Shown: one piece after another, positions 1-11,444 of the stretch
Layout: each line of letters opens with the position of its first letter
Numbering within the stretch: the first letter of the stretch is position 1
IMG/VR virus record: IMGVR_UViG_3300020469_000035
Location: 1-64,000 of that record
Length of the DNA stretch: 64,000 bases
Reading direction: 5' to 3' (one strand)
Origin: an uncultured virus (IMG/VR IMGVR_UViG_3300020469_000035)
Lineage: Duplodnaviria > Heunggongvirae > Uroviricota > Caudoviricetes
Translations under genes and position numbers: made by a program
Notes under the pieces: generated by a model
Told to the model about the DNA's origin: nothing
Databases searched by the model: none
The model's input: the letters and a program-made list of their open reading frames with translations, nothing else

Positions 1-2
1 AC

Positions 3-233
3 AATATATATTTTACAACAAAGCCAGAATATTTTGAGATACTTGACGGAAACCCTTATGTTCACAAAATGATACCTTATGATAAAGGCCTTGACAATCT
101 TCCTGCAATGGAGGGGCAAGCAGAGCACAAAGGCTATTTTGAAATAGCCTTCCTTCCATTCATAGGAACACAGAGAGTGTTAAACTACATGCACAACGGA
201 AAAGACAAAATTCAATTTGACCTATGCACCTGA
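3..233 (+). CDS. 5'-truncated CDS; C-terminal part resembles a GT9-type glycosyltransferase N-domain
   Basis: Open frame read manually from window start (NIYFTTKPEYFEILDGNPYVHKMIPYD...DLCT*); overlaps the next start codon. Confidence 0.5.
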   Translation, partial: NIYFTTKPEYFEILDGNPYVHKMIPYDKGLDNLPAMEGQAEHKGYFEIAFLPFIGTQRVLNYMHNGKDKIQFDLCT

Positions 234-1390
234 TAGAACAGTACGCACTTTCTTGTGGAGTAAAGATAGATAAGCCTGTCGTAGAGACAAGCTATTTTCC
301 TATTGATTGCGAAAAATATATAACGCTTCACGCAAGCAGCGGCATGGAAGCTAAAAACTATGACTATTTTACCGATGTAATAACCTTAATTAGTCCCTAC
401 CTAGAGCAAAAAAATATAAAAATTATTCAAATAGGAGACAGAAAAGATAAAAAGCTAGAGGGGTGCATTCACTATAACGGAACGACAAACTTAAAACAAA
501 GCTTTTATTTAATAAAAAATTCTATATTGCATTGCGGAAACGATTCGTTTAGCTCTCATGTAGCCTCTGGGTTTAATAAAAAGATAGTGTGCCTTTATAG
601 TGTTTTATTTAAAGAATGCTGCGGGCCTTATTGGGGAGATAAAGAAGACCACGTATTACTTGAACCTTCGAGGATAGACAGAAAGCCGTCATTTTCCCCA
701 AAAGAAAGCCCAAAAACAGTTAACGAAATTGATCCAGAAGAAATTGCTTGCGGAATTCTTGATTTGCTCGAAATAAACCATGAGCTTAAAAAAGTGAAAA
801 CTATTCACATTGGGCAAGAATATCATATTCCTTCTATTGCGGTAATTCCTAACCACGTTATGCCTGAGACTTACATTAAAAACCACCCCATTAATATTCA
901 CGGAGAAGAATGCTTTGACGAATTAAATATAGTAAAATGGGTAAGAGGAAGAAAAGCAAATATATTTTTAGATAAACAGATGAACATAAACTACTTAGGG
1001 ATTGTGAGAGAGAATATAAACCAAATAAACTATTTTCTATCAGAAGAAACTAATGTAGATTATATAAAAACCTTAAGCAAGCTAGGCTTTCCCGTTCAGC
1101 TGTTATGCAATGATCAGGAAAAGATTAACGATATTAGATTAAAGTTTTTTGACTGGAATGTATTAAAGTATGAACAAACATCAAAAAAAGATCTTGACAA
1201 TATTGATTTATTATGCGATAATAGTTTTTATCAAAGTTCTAGAAAAATTATATCAAATGGAAAAGTATACAATAGCAAAGCAGCATGGATTCACGAAAAA
1301 GAAGGAGACCACAAAGAGATTATTGACTGCGAAGAATTTTGGCAAGAATTAAAAACAATTAAAATTTACAACGATGCAAGAAACACTTAG
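224..1390 (+). CDS. GT9 (heptosyltransferase-like) glycosyltransferase domain protein
   Basis: Motifs YITLHASS..KNYDYF, IIQIG, GTTNLKQ..YLIKNS.LH.GNDSFSSHVA...KKIVCLY. Confidence 0.6.
   Translation: MHLIEQYALSCGVKIDKPVVETSYFPIDCEKYITLHASSGMEAKNYDYFTDVITLISPYLEQKNIKIIQIGDRKDKKLEGCIHYNGTTNLKQSFYLIKNSILHCGNDSFSSHVASGFNKKIVCLYSVLFKECCGPYWGDKEDHVLLEPSRIDRKPSFSPKESPKTVNEIDPEEIACGILDLLEINHELKKVKTIHIGQEYHIPSIAVIPNHVMPETYIKNHPINIHGEECFDELNIVKWVRGRKANIFLDKQMNINYLGIVRENINQINYFLSEETNVDYIKTLSKLGFPVQLLCNDQEKINDIRLKFFDWNVLKYEQTSKKDLDNIDLLCDNSFYQSSRKIISNGKVYNSKAAWIHEKEGDHKEIIDCEEFWQELKTIKIYNDARNT
1194..1222 (+). promoter_or_regulatory. Internal sigma70-like promoter for the downstream gene
   Basis: TTGACA-17 nt-GATAAT with extended TG, inside the 224..1390 CDS. 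Confidence 0.55.
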
Positions 1391-2210
1391 CCTAGGAGCA
1401 ACAGACAACACAGTAACATTTTCAACAGAAACACAACCAAAAAAAATTATGCCAGCAACCAAAAAAACAGCAACAAAAAAATACGCAGATGGTCCACTAA
1501 AGTTTTGCAGAAATGAATACGGATTGCTGGACAATACAGAATATCATTTTAACGAAGATGGCTCGGTAAACTGGAGATCCATGATCGGAGACGAACATCT
1601 TTTCCCAAACAAATCATGGTTTGATCTAAGAAAAAAAGATGTACCCAGATCAATCGACGGACTCAAAGATCATCAACTTCTCATCAAGCTTAGCGGAATC
1701 AAAGAGCTTGCAAAATTAAGAGGCTTTACAGACGTAGAATACGAGGTTGTTAAATGTCAAGAAGATCATGTAGCGGCAATTTGCAAAATCAAATTCTTAT
1801 CAAATTATGAAACAGGAAATCAGCCCGTTGTATTCCAAGACATGGCGAACGCAACATTAAATAACACAAGCAGCTTTGCAACCAAGTTCCTAGAAACCAT
1901 TGCATGCAATAGAGCCTTTGTTCGATGCGTCAGAAACTTTTTAAATGTACATATTGTCGGAGACGATGAAATTGATAAATCAAATCAAGCTCCGCAGCAA
2001 AAAGCTTCTCCATCTCTAAGTCCATATACAATGATAGAGTCTTTGGTTAAAGATAAATTGAGCTGCACAAACTTTGATGAATTTAAAGTAATTCTTAGAG
2101 ATTGGTGGAAGTCAGGAAAATACAAAAACGAAAATGTTGGTGACTGGAATAGTTATTCGGATATTCCGCCAGACCAAGCAAGAATCCTAATGAAGGTTAT
2201 TAATTCCTAG
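1374..2210 (+). CDS. Hypothetical protein, possibly a Rad52/RecT-like single-strand annealing protein (start may be 1449)
   Basis: Motif DMANAT..NT....KFLETIACNRAFVRCVRNFLN...G.DEI resembles the annealase helix A..RA..R..R. Confidence 0.35.
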   Translation: MQETLSLGATDNTVTFSTETQPKKIMPATKKTATKKYADGPLKFCRNEYGLLDNTEYHFNEDGSVNWRSMIGDEHLFPNKSWFDLRKKDVPRSIDGLKDHQLLIKLSGIKELAKLRGFTDVEYEVVKCQEDHVAAICKIKFLSNYETGNQPVVFQDMANATLNNTSSFATKFLETIACNRAFVRCVRNFLNVHIVGDDEIDKSNQAPQQKASPSLSPYTMIESLVKDKLSCTNFDEFKVILRDWWKSGKYKNENVGDWNSYSDIPPDQARILMKVINS

Positions 2211-2925
2211 ATCTACGTTCTAGGCTTGCAACTCTTTTTTCTAAAAACTCTATTTGTTTTTGTTGTTCTTTAATTGCCCCGACAAGTAACGCAGTAAGCT
2301 TTTCATACTTAACGGCTTTATATCCATTGTCTCTTGTGGTAACTAACTCTGGGGCTACTTCTTCAACTTGCTGAGCGATAAGCCCTATATCGTGACCTTG
2401 ATAAACTTCTTGTTTGTTGTTCCAGTCAAACTCCACTGCATCTAGTTTCAAGATTTTTTCAAGAGGATCAATAATTATCGAAATATTATCTTTAAGTCTT
2501 TTGTCAGAACTAAAAAAAGCAACAACGTCTCCTTTTACATGAAGGCCGTTGGGACAACCAACAAAAAAAGCATTGTGAAGAGTTGGGCTAACAAAATCTC
2601 CTATAATGTGAGTGTTATAAAGACCATCTATCGTGTTTCCTGTTCCTTGAAGAATAGAGCATCGCCTTGACCGTTTAATTTTATTATTATATCCAGCAAG
2701 TATAACATTGTTTGATCCATATCCGCCCACCTCATAAGTTCCAGTTGTACCGGACCCAAGCACATTATGCATAGGTAGAGATAAAGTCTCGGGCCCTACC
2801 CCTATAATCGGACCTTTTTCTCCAGGAGGAACGAAAATAGTGGGAGTAACAGTATTACCTGCTGGGGTCGACGAAGGAGCTCCAGGGCTAGAGAAAACAG
2901 GAATATTTGTCGCAGGATTAGCCAT
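2200..2925 (-). CDS. Short tail-fibre protein with C-terminal peptidase S74 intramolecular chaperone
   Basis: SSDKRLKDNI...FDW...DIGLIAQQVEEVAPELV...VKYEKL plus coiled coil; ATG at 2925 coupled to upstream stop (TAATG). Confidence 0.8.
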   Translation of the reverse strand: MANPATNIPVFSSPGAPSSTPAGNTVTPTIFVPPGEKGPIIGVGPETLSLPMHNVLGSGTTGTYEVGGYGSNNVILAGYNNKIKRSRRCSILQGTGNTIDGLYNTHIIGDFVSPTLHNAFFVGCPNGLHVKGDVVAFFSSDKRLKDNISIIIDPLEKILKLDAVEFDWNNKQEVYQGHDIGLIAQQVEEVAPELVTTRDNGYKAVKYEKLTALLVGAIKEQQKQIEFLEKRVASLERRSRN

Positions 2926-5900
2926 TACCAAGTAGAGTAAGTTTGAGATTCATTGTAACAATAAGCTTCGGCGCTACCACTATATATATACACCCAACTA
3001 TTTTTTGTAAGAGAATAAATGTAGTGTCCAGCGTCACCACCGCTTCCAGCTAGGTTCTGCTGCGACCAAATCCATCCCGCAAAAGGCCCTCCATCAATAT
3101 AAAACCAAGCGGAAGCAGCAATTCCGAGAGCCCTGTTAGTTTCCCAAGAATTAGATCCTGTCCAAAGAGGAGATATGTAAACAAATGAACTTTTAGCAGA
3201 GCCAAGGAATTGGAGAACAAATGCCCACTCAGCAAAACCTTCTGGATTTATTCCTCCGTGCAAATAAAGATTAAAATTAGAAGTATTAGCGAAATAAAGA
3301 TTACCGATCCAGCTATTAGATTTCCAATTTGACGACCCAGCTAAATCATCTGTGCCATTTCCTAAAACATATTTTGAATAAATCATTCTATCGGGATCGA
3401 TAATTGCCCTAATGTTTTGTTCTCTACCGGCCGTGGTAGGCATAACGAGGCTTGGAACCGCATCGGCATGGGTTGCAGCAATAGAGTTTTGATAATCAAT
3501 TTCATTATGTTCTCCGCCTCCTATGAGCTGATTTGATCCGCCATCGATTTCATTGTAAGTTCCTCCTCCAATTAAATTTGAGCCGCCATACGGGTCAAGA
3601 TCGTTTGGCATACTATTGGAATGACCCCCAAGAATTGAAGAGAAATTATCTCTGCATAAATTATTAAAACCTGCCCCAATAAAAGAAAACTTTGACTTAA
3701 TTTCATTGCCCGCTCCAGCAACAATTGCGCAAGATATATTAGGGAAAGAAGTCTCTGCCAAAGGTGAGCCAACAGAAACCTCTGTATCAAACTTATTATT
3801 AAATCCTCCGCCTATAAACGATGTAAAGTTTCCTTTTATGCTCGCCAGAAAAGCCTCACTAGGAGTAAGAATGTTGCCAAAATCATCTGTTTGAAAATTT
3901 CCGTTTGAGTCTAAGAGCATAATCTCATCAGAAGAAATGCTTCCGTCATAGATCGGCCCCGCGATTTCAATTAAACCTGTAGAGTTGCTCATTCTGATAT
4001 ACGAATTTATTTTTTTGGTGCCAATATATGGCTCCCAATTTGTTGTGTCGGCACTGGGCGCAACAACAGGTCCCACAAGAGTTCCAGTGCTTTTTTTGCG
4101 ATAATTAGCACCATCAAACCTAACTATACTTCCCTGCTGGTAAGTGTTGGTAACTGAACCATTACTAACAAATTCGAAGTATTCAAGTTCTTGCTCTCCG
4201 CCTATATCAGCGACAACAAAAAAATCATTTCCATTTTTTCCTCTCTTGAACCTAAAACCTGCATTTTCATAGCTTGGGTTGCTATAAACTGTACCACCAA
4301 TAGTAGCTGGGTTGCTGCCAGAAATTTTACCTCCATTGGTAGGGCTTAAACCACCTATAAAATTAGAAGATTTTATTTCTCCTCCTGATCCCGAAAAAAC
4401 GCCCGGGTCAGCACCTCCCATAGTTAATGTTCTAGTGACAGTCGCATCTTGCGCCAACAATAAATCAGTTGCTACGCTTTCGAACTCAGCGCCGAAAGAC
4501 ATCCAATTACCAGCATTTTTATCGTTTTCAAAACTTGAGCTACTTGTGTGATCAGCTTGGGCCATCCAATAACTAGAACCACCAAGCACATAATAAACAA
4601 CATCTCCACGAGCAGATAATTCAGTTGAACCTATGTAGTCTTCATTAGGCTTCCAGATACCCCTAAAAACAACTCCAACCCCCTTATTACCTTGCTCTGA
4701 TAGAGAAAACGTTTGCTGTTTCGTTATGGTTCCATTTTCGCCAACGCTATTTTTATATGTTATTGTATATGTGACAACAGCAGATTGACCAGTAAAAGCA
4801 CTAAAATTATAGTCATCGACATTGCAATATTTTTCGTTAGCGGGCTTGCTTCTGCTTCCGCCAGTAATGCCACTTATCGCTGGAGCAGTTACTGTAAAAG
4901 TACTTTCATTCGAAAGGGCTGTTACAAATGTTAATTCTTCTGCTCCTTGAAAAACCCTAATGTGTGTTCCGCTTCCTGTGGCAGTGATTGTTCCTTGAGA
5001 ATTTTTAGTTAAAGAATGAGCTTCGTTACTTAATATTGCTGTAATAACGTCAGAACCGTCTTGAATAGCATATATAGTCAACACATCTGAAGCGAGCACA
5101 CTATTTTCATCCTCACTTATCTCAACTTTAATTGTATCCGAATTAAAAGAGGCTGCCCTTGAACTTGGCGGATAATAGTATACTTCATCGTTATCACTAA
5201 ATACAGAACCATCATATATTGTTGTGGCATCTAATTTTAATTCACCACCAAATGGTGAACTCTCTTTAGTAAATTTAAACTTTACCTCACTACTAGTATT
5301 TTTATCTATAGCAGTTAATTTTATCCTTCCATTATCAGCAGAAGGAGACAGAATACTTGATCCCGCGGAATCATAAGTTACCGATTGTTGATCCGCGGTT
5401 AAATCTACTTTTCTAGCATGAACACCTTCTATCGCCTTTGAATAAGTATATATTTTTTCAAAAGTAACAACATTTGAAGAGCTGTATTGATTGTCTTTTA
5501 CTTTTATTTTAAAAGTTCCTTCATTCTCCCCGTCAGGATAAGTATCAATTTCAACAAAAAGCTTTGTAAGATTACCTACTGTTTCTGTTGAAGTTTTTGC
5601 AGTCACAGAACTTGATGGGCTAGAAATTATACTACCATCAAGACTAAAAGTTTTATCACCAGCCGAATCATAGCTATATTCTTCGGTTCCCCTAAAAAAT
5701 CTAACTTGAGTTTTACCACCAGCAAGATCGACACTACTAACATCTCCAACTTCATTTGCAGGATATGTATGATTTTCATTTGTTAGAAAAACGGTATACG
5801 AATCTTTACCTGGGTGCGTTCCAAAAAATGTAATACGGTCAGACGCCAATATATCGCTGGGATCATCTTCTGCATATATGTCTACAGAAAAAGTAATTGG

Positions 5901-8900
5901 CATATCACTAAAATTTTCAGCAATTGAGCTTAGGCTCGGCACCAGGAATTCATTATTGTCTGTATTTTGAAGAGTCTGTCCACCTGAATTCTTAAAGTGA
6001 TACTTTATATCTACGCCATCTGTATTAAAGGCTGTGGCAGTTAATGTTGGATTAGTTGTTGATGAAATTAATACTTTATCTGCATCGTATTCAAAAACTT
6101 GTTGGCTTGTGGTCAGCTCTACATATACAGCAGGCGCTCCATCTGCTACAAAATTAATTGGAATTGATCTTTCAGTTGAAGTATTTACTCCTGATGCAGA
6201 AACAATAACTGTTGTAAGCTGCGGATCAACAGTATTAATCATACTGTCAAATCCGCCATCTACTTTGAATTGCGCAGTAGCAACCTTGGGTTCGCCATCT
6301 ACAAAATTTATTGAAGATGGATCATATGTAAATCCGCTTATATCGTATTTACCATATGTCGCAGAATTAAGATCATTATCAAAATCGCTATATTTAATAA
6401 ATTCATATCCATTATTAGGATTACTAACCCTAAACCTAACTTCATCTGCCTGAATAAAACTATTTTGAAAAGTTGCCCTTATATCACATACATCATTAGT
6501 GTCGTCAGGAGTATATGTTCCATCAGACAATTCAGTATAAAAGAAAGAATCGGGCGAAGCATCTAAATCTACAAATGTATATTCCTTACCGTCAGTTTGT
6601 CTTAACTTTCCCTCAAGAGTTAACTGCCCGTCCTCAAAGAAAAGCCTACCCCCAGGATCATTAGGCTTATCTTTTCCCTTGAAATAAAAACTTCCGTTTC
6701 CGCTAATTACAAACCCTGGACCACTGCCATGAGCATGAGCATCAAAACCCTTTTCTCCAGGATGTTGAACCCCAAAACCAACACTTCTTATTTGACCGCT
6801 ATTTCCATCTCCTCCTACCTGAAGATCTTGTCCCTGGATTACCGCAGATCTAATTTTATCGGCAGTTAAATTATGAATTTTAGCATTATCTATCGCCGCA
6901 TCCTCAATCATTGCGGTACCTATAGTAGCGTTTGCAAAAGCGTGCCACATTGGAGCTGCAATTCCCAAGGAATTTCTTACCACAATTTTATCTCCATCTT
7001 CTAGTAAATTTGGCTTTTTTGAGTCCATGTCGCTACCTGGGTTGTCGGTAGGATCATTGGTAGAACCAACTCCTGCTGGGTGATAAGAAGAGGTATTATA
7101 GTTTCCAGTATATATAATATTTCTTAAAGGATTGTCTAAATCCAGAGAAAGAGGAGTGTGTCGGACTATCTCGAATTCATCTCCAACAGCAGGAGCACCA
7201 ACAAAAGGAGTATAAGTTTGTATGACCTTGGTCGTTGGGTTATAACTTTTTATTTCTCTTTCTAAACCGCCCAAATTTGAAGTTATATTTCCATCTAGCT
7301 TTATATAAACCCCCCTGTGTAACAGAGGATCATGAGAAGGGTCGTCAGAAGGTAAAATTTGATCAATATCATCCTGAGATATTTCAACATAATTACCTAC
7401 ATCAAAAGAATTAAAGCTTGGATTTGCAGTAATTTCCCCGCCGAACAGAGGAACCTTTTCTCCTTCTTCTGCGAGCCCCAGAATTAATTTTTGTTCTGCA
7501 GTAATTTCTTGCCCATTTTCGCTTGGCTTGAAATATACGTATTGATCAGAGGTATTGTTTTCTCCAATTACCCAGCCAGTTCCTTCCATATAAAGATAAT
7601 GTCTATCCCAAGATATTGAATTCGAATTAGGGTTATGATTTTCGAACGGATTATTTGGAACGAGAGCGAGAGTTGTCGGAAAAGTTTGAGTAATGCTTTG
7701 CTCAAAGTCGCTTATGTCAGTGGGATTTTGCTGACCAAGTACAAGTTCCAGTCCCTCCACAATATTATTAGCATTAGACATATCAGCCTTACCAGTAAAT
7801 GGCCCCTTGTTTCCACCGTGGTCAACAGCTCTTACCCAAAAATACCTTTTGTCATTAACTTCTCCCCTATGAGTAATACTCGTCTTTGGCCCAAGAGCAG
7901 AAGAATCAAGAACATGTAGAGCGTTTGTTATTCCGCTTGCAGGATCAAGCTCTTCTATCGGAATTGCATGAGATATGCTATTTAAATCTCCAGTTATTTT
8001 TCTATATCCGCTAGTATTTTCCTCTTCTTTTAGAAATTTATTTTCGGCACCAAAATAAAGAAAGTTATCCTGTGATTCCCAAATTTCATAATGGCTTATG
8101 TCATTCGGCAAACTTAATAGCGTTCCAGATCCTTCAAGAAATTCACTTCTTGGCATCTCCCAATCAAGAAAATAGTTTACAAATGCAGTATCGCCCTGAA
8201 AGCCCTCAACAGGCCCAGGTATAGCGTCTACAGTTTTTCCAAAAACCGGACCCATAAATCCATCTGGATTACTATTACTATAATGAAACGGATAAATCAA
8301 AACCCTTTCAGGGTCTCCAGCATTGTCTCTTATTGTAAAAATATCTCCGCTTCCAAAGTCGTCAAAAGGCAAAAGTTTATAGTAATAACCAGTAACGCCG
8401 TCTCCCCTTGAGTCAGGTTCTTTATTTTCATAAGTGTAAGGAATCGGAGGAAAATCCTTAATAGAATTGATGCTATCTCCAAACGTTTGATCTGCTCCTC
8501 CCAGTATTTCAGAAATAAAATTATCAGAGCCCGCGCCAGGCAAACCGTCAGCATCAAGAATACTAAAATCTGGATCGCTAGACCTATACATCTGAAGTTT
8601 TGTAACTTTTTCTCTAGCCTCGTTTGCGTATCTAAAATTAAATTCTGTAGAAGTAACTTTTTTTAAACTATCTACCTTAAATCCATTTGCCAATATGCTT
8701 GGTTCTAAATTAAAACCAACCAAAGAGCGAGAACTTAAAATAGACCCGTCAGGGGCAAGAATACCTAGCTCTATCCCCACACTTCTTTTGCCGCTCTCGG
8801 GGATGCCTACATGACCAAAAGGTATATCATCATAACCTGTATTTTCTTCCCAAAATGGAAGCCAATGAGAGTCTGAATAGTTCGATTGAATTAGGTCTCC

Positions 8901-11438
8901 TGCTCCCAAAAAATTATCTATCGGTGACGCGTCTGGATTATTTTGAAGACACTTATATACTGCTCCATTATAATACCTTAGGTCTCCCGCCTGATGAGCG
9001 GTAAATATATCATAACCCCCTTCGCCTTTTTCGTCCCAGTAAGCGCTCGAGCTACTTGGAACTTCGGGACTATATCTGCCATTATCTAACTTAGCCCTAA
9101 ATATGTCATTGCCATACAAAACTAAATCTCCTGCAACATAAAACTGACTCACCGACCAATTATCTACAGCCAACGAATATTTTTCATAAAGCTTTGTGTA
9201 TTCACTTGATGTTTCTGGGGTTTGAATCTGCCACTCGCTAGAGTTTATGCTAGGAGATTTATTCGTGGATGCTTGTAGAGCCTTATATATTTGACAATCA
9301 ATTTCTTCAAATATTTCTACAGCAAACCAGTGAGATAAGCTCGAGCCAGGAGAAACAACACTACTCAAAGGCCCATTATCTTCAATACAATGATATATAT
9401 AAGACCCAGCAGAATTAGAGTATATCACGTAATCCCCCTTTATATAATTATTAGAAGAATCATATTTCCCTATATCAGGATTAACTGGAGCAATCACCAT
9501 GTCTCCCACAGAATATGTCTTGTCAAAATCAAAAACACCGACAACGTTGTCGGCCTCGGCACCTATCAACTGACCAGGAGAAGACCCGTTTGTAACATAA
9601 ATTTCATCATTATAATCCACCAAAGAGTTAAGCGATAAATCTGTAGCAGATCCATAAACATAAGTTCCAGAATGGCTCCACTGCTCATACCCGGGTAATA
9701 CAGTTTTAGGAACAGTGTCTTTTGAAGAGAATAAAGTATTTTCAAAAATAACTTGGTCGCCAACACCATAAGAATTCCCTCTTGAAAAATTTTGTGCAGA
9801 AGAAGGAAATCCTCCAGTCGAATACAACTGATTGTTTATTTCCCTAGTGTATTCAAAACTCTCGAACACCTTAGTTCCAGGTAAATCATCAACAATCACG
9901 ACGTCTCCATTTTCGTCAGTTATAGAACTTCTTGAATTTAAACCCTCTGTTATGCCAGTGAGAAAAAGGTTGGTATCCGAGTCAAATAAAGAACCGCTAA
10001 TACCAAGTACTTCGGGAGAGTCATTTGCAGAGACCAAGAACTTGTATTGATTTAAATCTACCAGATTATTATCTTGGTCGGTTATGTTCCACCTAAAAAT
10101 TAAATCATCTTCTCTTTCTATAAAATTTAAATTATCAATCTTAACCTCAGACACAAACCCATGAAGATCAGAAAGAGCTTCTGTTTCTAGTTCCACCCCA
10201 TCTTCAACAACATTATATTTTGGGCCCTCACCATACCCATCTACGGGAGTAGTACAGTAGTAGTACTTTCTACCCCAGAAATGATCAAAAGAAAGATTAT
10301 TTGAAATAGTAGTTTCCTCATTATAATCAAAATCAAAATTAGATAAAACTAAAGACCACAAAGAGGGAGAAGTAGAAGGCTTAGCAGACAATTGATCCAT
10401 GCGGTTATATGCAACCTTACATTCGTATATATTCCCCTCATATCGACAATATTGACCTTCCTGCCAAGAGGGAACTTTTTTTGACCATCTTATTGCAGAA
10501 TTCAGATCATTATAGTAATCCAAGCTTGCATCGAAATCTCTGGGGTTATAAATTTCTTGATCAGAAGGAATAGATATCGACCGAAAATTCACGTTTTCAA
10601 AATCCGTATCTGAATAAGACCAAGCGAACCCAACCTTTGATCCATGCAAAGAGTAAGAAAGATCTTCAATTCGGGGGACGTAATTATGGCCTGTAATAAC
10701 ACCTGTTGCGGTTTTGCCGAAAGCATCGTGAGAAACTACCTCTAAAGACAAAGTTCTATTTAGATTTAATTCATCGAAAACAAGTTCAGACATTTGAAAT
10801 GAAAATCCAGTATACTGCTGCATGACCCCACCCACATCCGAGGTATTTAATAACGACCGAAGCCCCTGATGCGAAGGGTTATTTAATTGTGATTGAGAGA
10901 TAATATCTCCGTTTTCTGTATTTCTTATTTGAAGAGAAAAGTGAGATAACAACGAATCAGACAACAATTCGTTACCTAAGGCAGAACCTTCTTTTGCGTG
11001 ACCGATAGGAGGAAATAGCTTCCATTGAATATCTACGCTCCTTTCTGTATATTCAGAATCTACAGCCAGCAAATTTTCTTGATCAGTTGGAGTAAATTCT
11101 ATCTCCCTGCCGACCAATGCGTCTCCTGGAAGGCTTGATATCTCAATATCTGCAAATGAAAATGTTCCATCAAACTCGGGTGGAGATACCGATATTCCAG
11201 ATTGAATAAAGGCCGAGCGTACCCCTATATCACTAATAGCAAATACCCTTACTGTAAAGTCTCCATAATTACCCCTTAACCCAACAGATTTTTGAGCTGT
11301 ATCTCCTTCAAAATCCACCAGATCAGAACCCTTACCTAGTTCATAATTAAATGAGTAGTTATCAGAAGAACCAACCACTTCATATTTTGATTGTAAATCA
11401 TTTACCTTGAATTGAACACCTATTGCCGTATTGAGCAT
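2925..11438 (-). CDS. Giant (2837 aa) host-specificity / central tail fibre protein, distal gpJ-like part
   Basis: FN3-like segments, many carbohydrate-binding-type repeats (W...Y..GD.V.Y....Y.C...W), IGTAMIEDAAIDNAKIHNLTADKI motif, IGGG..N repeats. Confidence 0.75.
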   Translation of the reverse strand: MLNTAIGVQFKVNDLQSKYEVVGSSDNYSFNYELGKGSDLVDFEGDTAQKSVGLRGNYGDFTVRVFAISDIGVRSAFIQSGISVSPPEFDGTFSFADIEISSLPGDALVGREIEFTPTDQENLLAVDSEYTERSVDIQWKLFPPIGHAKEGSALGNELLSDSLLSHFSLQIRNTENGDIISQSQLNNPSHQGLRSLLNTSDVGGVMQQYTGFSFQMSELVFDELNLNRTLSLEVVSHDAFGKTATGVITGHNYVPRIEDLSYSLHGSKVGFAWSYSDTDFENVNFRSISIPSDQEIYNPRDFDASLDYYNDLNSAIRWSKKVPSWQEGQYCRYEGNIYECKVAYNRMDQLSAKPSTSPSLWSLVLSNFDFDYNEETTISNNLSFDHFWGRKYYYCTTPVDGYGEGPKYNVVEDGVELETEALSDLHGFVSEVKIDNLNFIEREDDLIFRWNITDQDNNLVDLNQYKFLVSANDSPEVLGISGSLFDSDTNLFLTGITEGLNSRSSITDENGDVVIVDDLPGTKVFESFEYTREINNQLYSTGGFPSSAQNFSRGNSYGVGDQVIFENTLFSSKDTVPKTVLPGYEQWSHSGTYVYGSATDLSLNSLVDYNDEIYVTNGSSPGQLIGAEADNVVGVFDFDKTYSVGDMVIAPVNPDIGKYDSSNNYIKGDYVIYSNSAGSYIYHCIEDNGPLSSVVSPGSSLSHWFAVEIFEEIDCQIYKALQASTNKSPSINSSEWQIQTPETSSEYTKLYEKYSLAVDNWSVSQFYVAGDLVLYGNDIFRAKLDNGRYSPEVPSSSSAYWDEKGEGGYDIFTAHQAGDLRYYNGAVYKCLQNNPDASPIDNFLGAGDLIQSNYSDSHWLPFWEENTGYDDIPFGHVGIPESGKRSVGIELGILAPDGSILSSRSLVGFNLEPSILANGFKVDSLKKVTSTEFNFRYANEAREKVTKLQMYRSSDPDFSILDADGLPGAGSDNFISEILGGADQTFGDSINSIKDFPPIPYTYENKEPDSRGDGVTGYYYKLLPFDDFGSGDIFTIRDNAGDPERVLIYPFHYSNSNPDGFMGPVFGKTVDAIPGPVEGFQGDTAFVNYFLDWEMPRSEFLEGSGTLLSLPNDISHYEIWESQDNFLYFGAENKFLKEEENTSGYRKITGDLNSISHAIPIEELDPASGITNALHVLDSSALGPKTSITHRGEVNDKRYFWVRAVDHGGNKGPFTGKADMSNANNIVEGLELVLGQQNPTDISDFEQSITQTFPTTLALVPNNPFENHNPNSNSISWDRHYLYMEGTGWVIGENNTSDQYVYFKPSENGQEITAEQKLILGLAEEGEKVPLFGGEITANPSFNSFDVGNYVEISQDDIDQILPSDDPSHDPLLHRGVYIKLDGNITSNLGGLEREIKSYNPTTKVIQTYTPFVGAPAVGDEFEIVRHTPLSLDLDNPLRNIIYTGNYNTSSYHPAGVGSTNDPTDNPGSDMDSKKPNLLEDGDKIVVRNSLGIAAPMWHAFANATIGTAMIEDAAIDNAKIHNLTADKIRSAVIQGQDLQVGGDGNSGQIRSVGFGVQHPGEKGFDAHAHGSGPGFVISGNGSFYFKGKDKPNDPGGRLFFEDGQLTLEGKLRQTDGKEYTFVDLDASPDSFFYTELSDGTYTPDDTNDVCDIRATFQNSFIQADEVRFRVSNPNNGYEFIKYSDFDNDLNSATYGKYDISGFTYDPSSINFVDGEPKVATAQFKVDGGFDSMINTVDPQLTTVIVSASGVNTSTERSIPINFVADGAPAVYVELTTSQQVFEYDADKVLISSTTNPTLTATAFNTDGVDIKYHFKNSGGQTLQNTDNNEFLVPSLSSIAENFSDMPITFSVDIYAEDDPSDILASDRITFFGTHPGKDSYTVFLTNENHTYPANEVGDVSSVDLAGGKTQVRFFRGTEEYSYDSAGDKTFSLDGSIISSPSSSVTAKTSTETVGNLTKLFVEIDTYPDGENEGTFKIKVKDNQYSSSNVVTFEKIYTYSKAIEGVHARKVDLTADQQSVTYDSAGSSILSPSADNGRIKLTAIDKNTSSEVKFKFTKESSPFGGELKLDATTIYDGSVFSDNDEVYYYPPSSRAASFNSDTIKVEISEDENSVLASDVLTIYAIQDGSDVITAILSNEAHSLTKNSQGTITATGSGTHIRVFQGAEELTFVTALSNESTFTVTAPAISGITGGSRSKPANEKYCNVDDYNFSAFTGQSAVVTYTITYKNSVGENGTITKQQTFSLSEQGNKGVGVVFRGIWKPNEDYIGSTELSARGDVVYYVLGGSSYWMAQADHTSSSSFENDKNAGNWMSFGAEFESVATDLLLAQDATVTRTLTMGGADPGVFSGSGGEIKSSNFIGGLSPTNGGKISGSNPATIGGTVYSNPSYENAGFRFKRGKNGNDFFVVADIGGEQELEYFEFVSNGSVTNTYQQGSIVRFDGANYRKKSTGTLVGPVVAPSADTTNWEPYIGTKKINSYIRMSNSTGLIEIAGPIYDGSISSDEIMLLDSNGNFQTDDFGNILTPSEAFLASIKGNFTSFIGGGFNNKFDTEVSVGSPLAETSFPNISCAIVAGAGNEIKSKFSFIGAGFNNLCRDNFSSILGGHSNSMPNDLDPYGGSNLIGGGTYNEIDGGSNQLIGGGEHNEIDYQNSIAATHADAVPSLVMPTTAGREQNIRAIIDPDRMIYSKYVLGNGTDDLAGSSNWKSNSWIGNLYFANTSNFNLYLHGGINPEGFAEWAFVLQFLGSAKSSFVYISPLWTGSNSWETNRALGIAASAWFYIDGGPFAGWIWSQQNLAGSGGDAGHYIYSLTKNSWVYIYSGSAEAYCYNESQTYSTW

Positions 11439-11444
11439 AATATA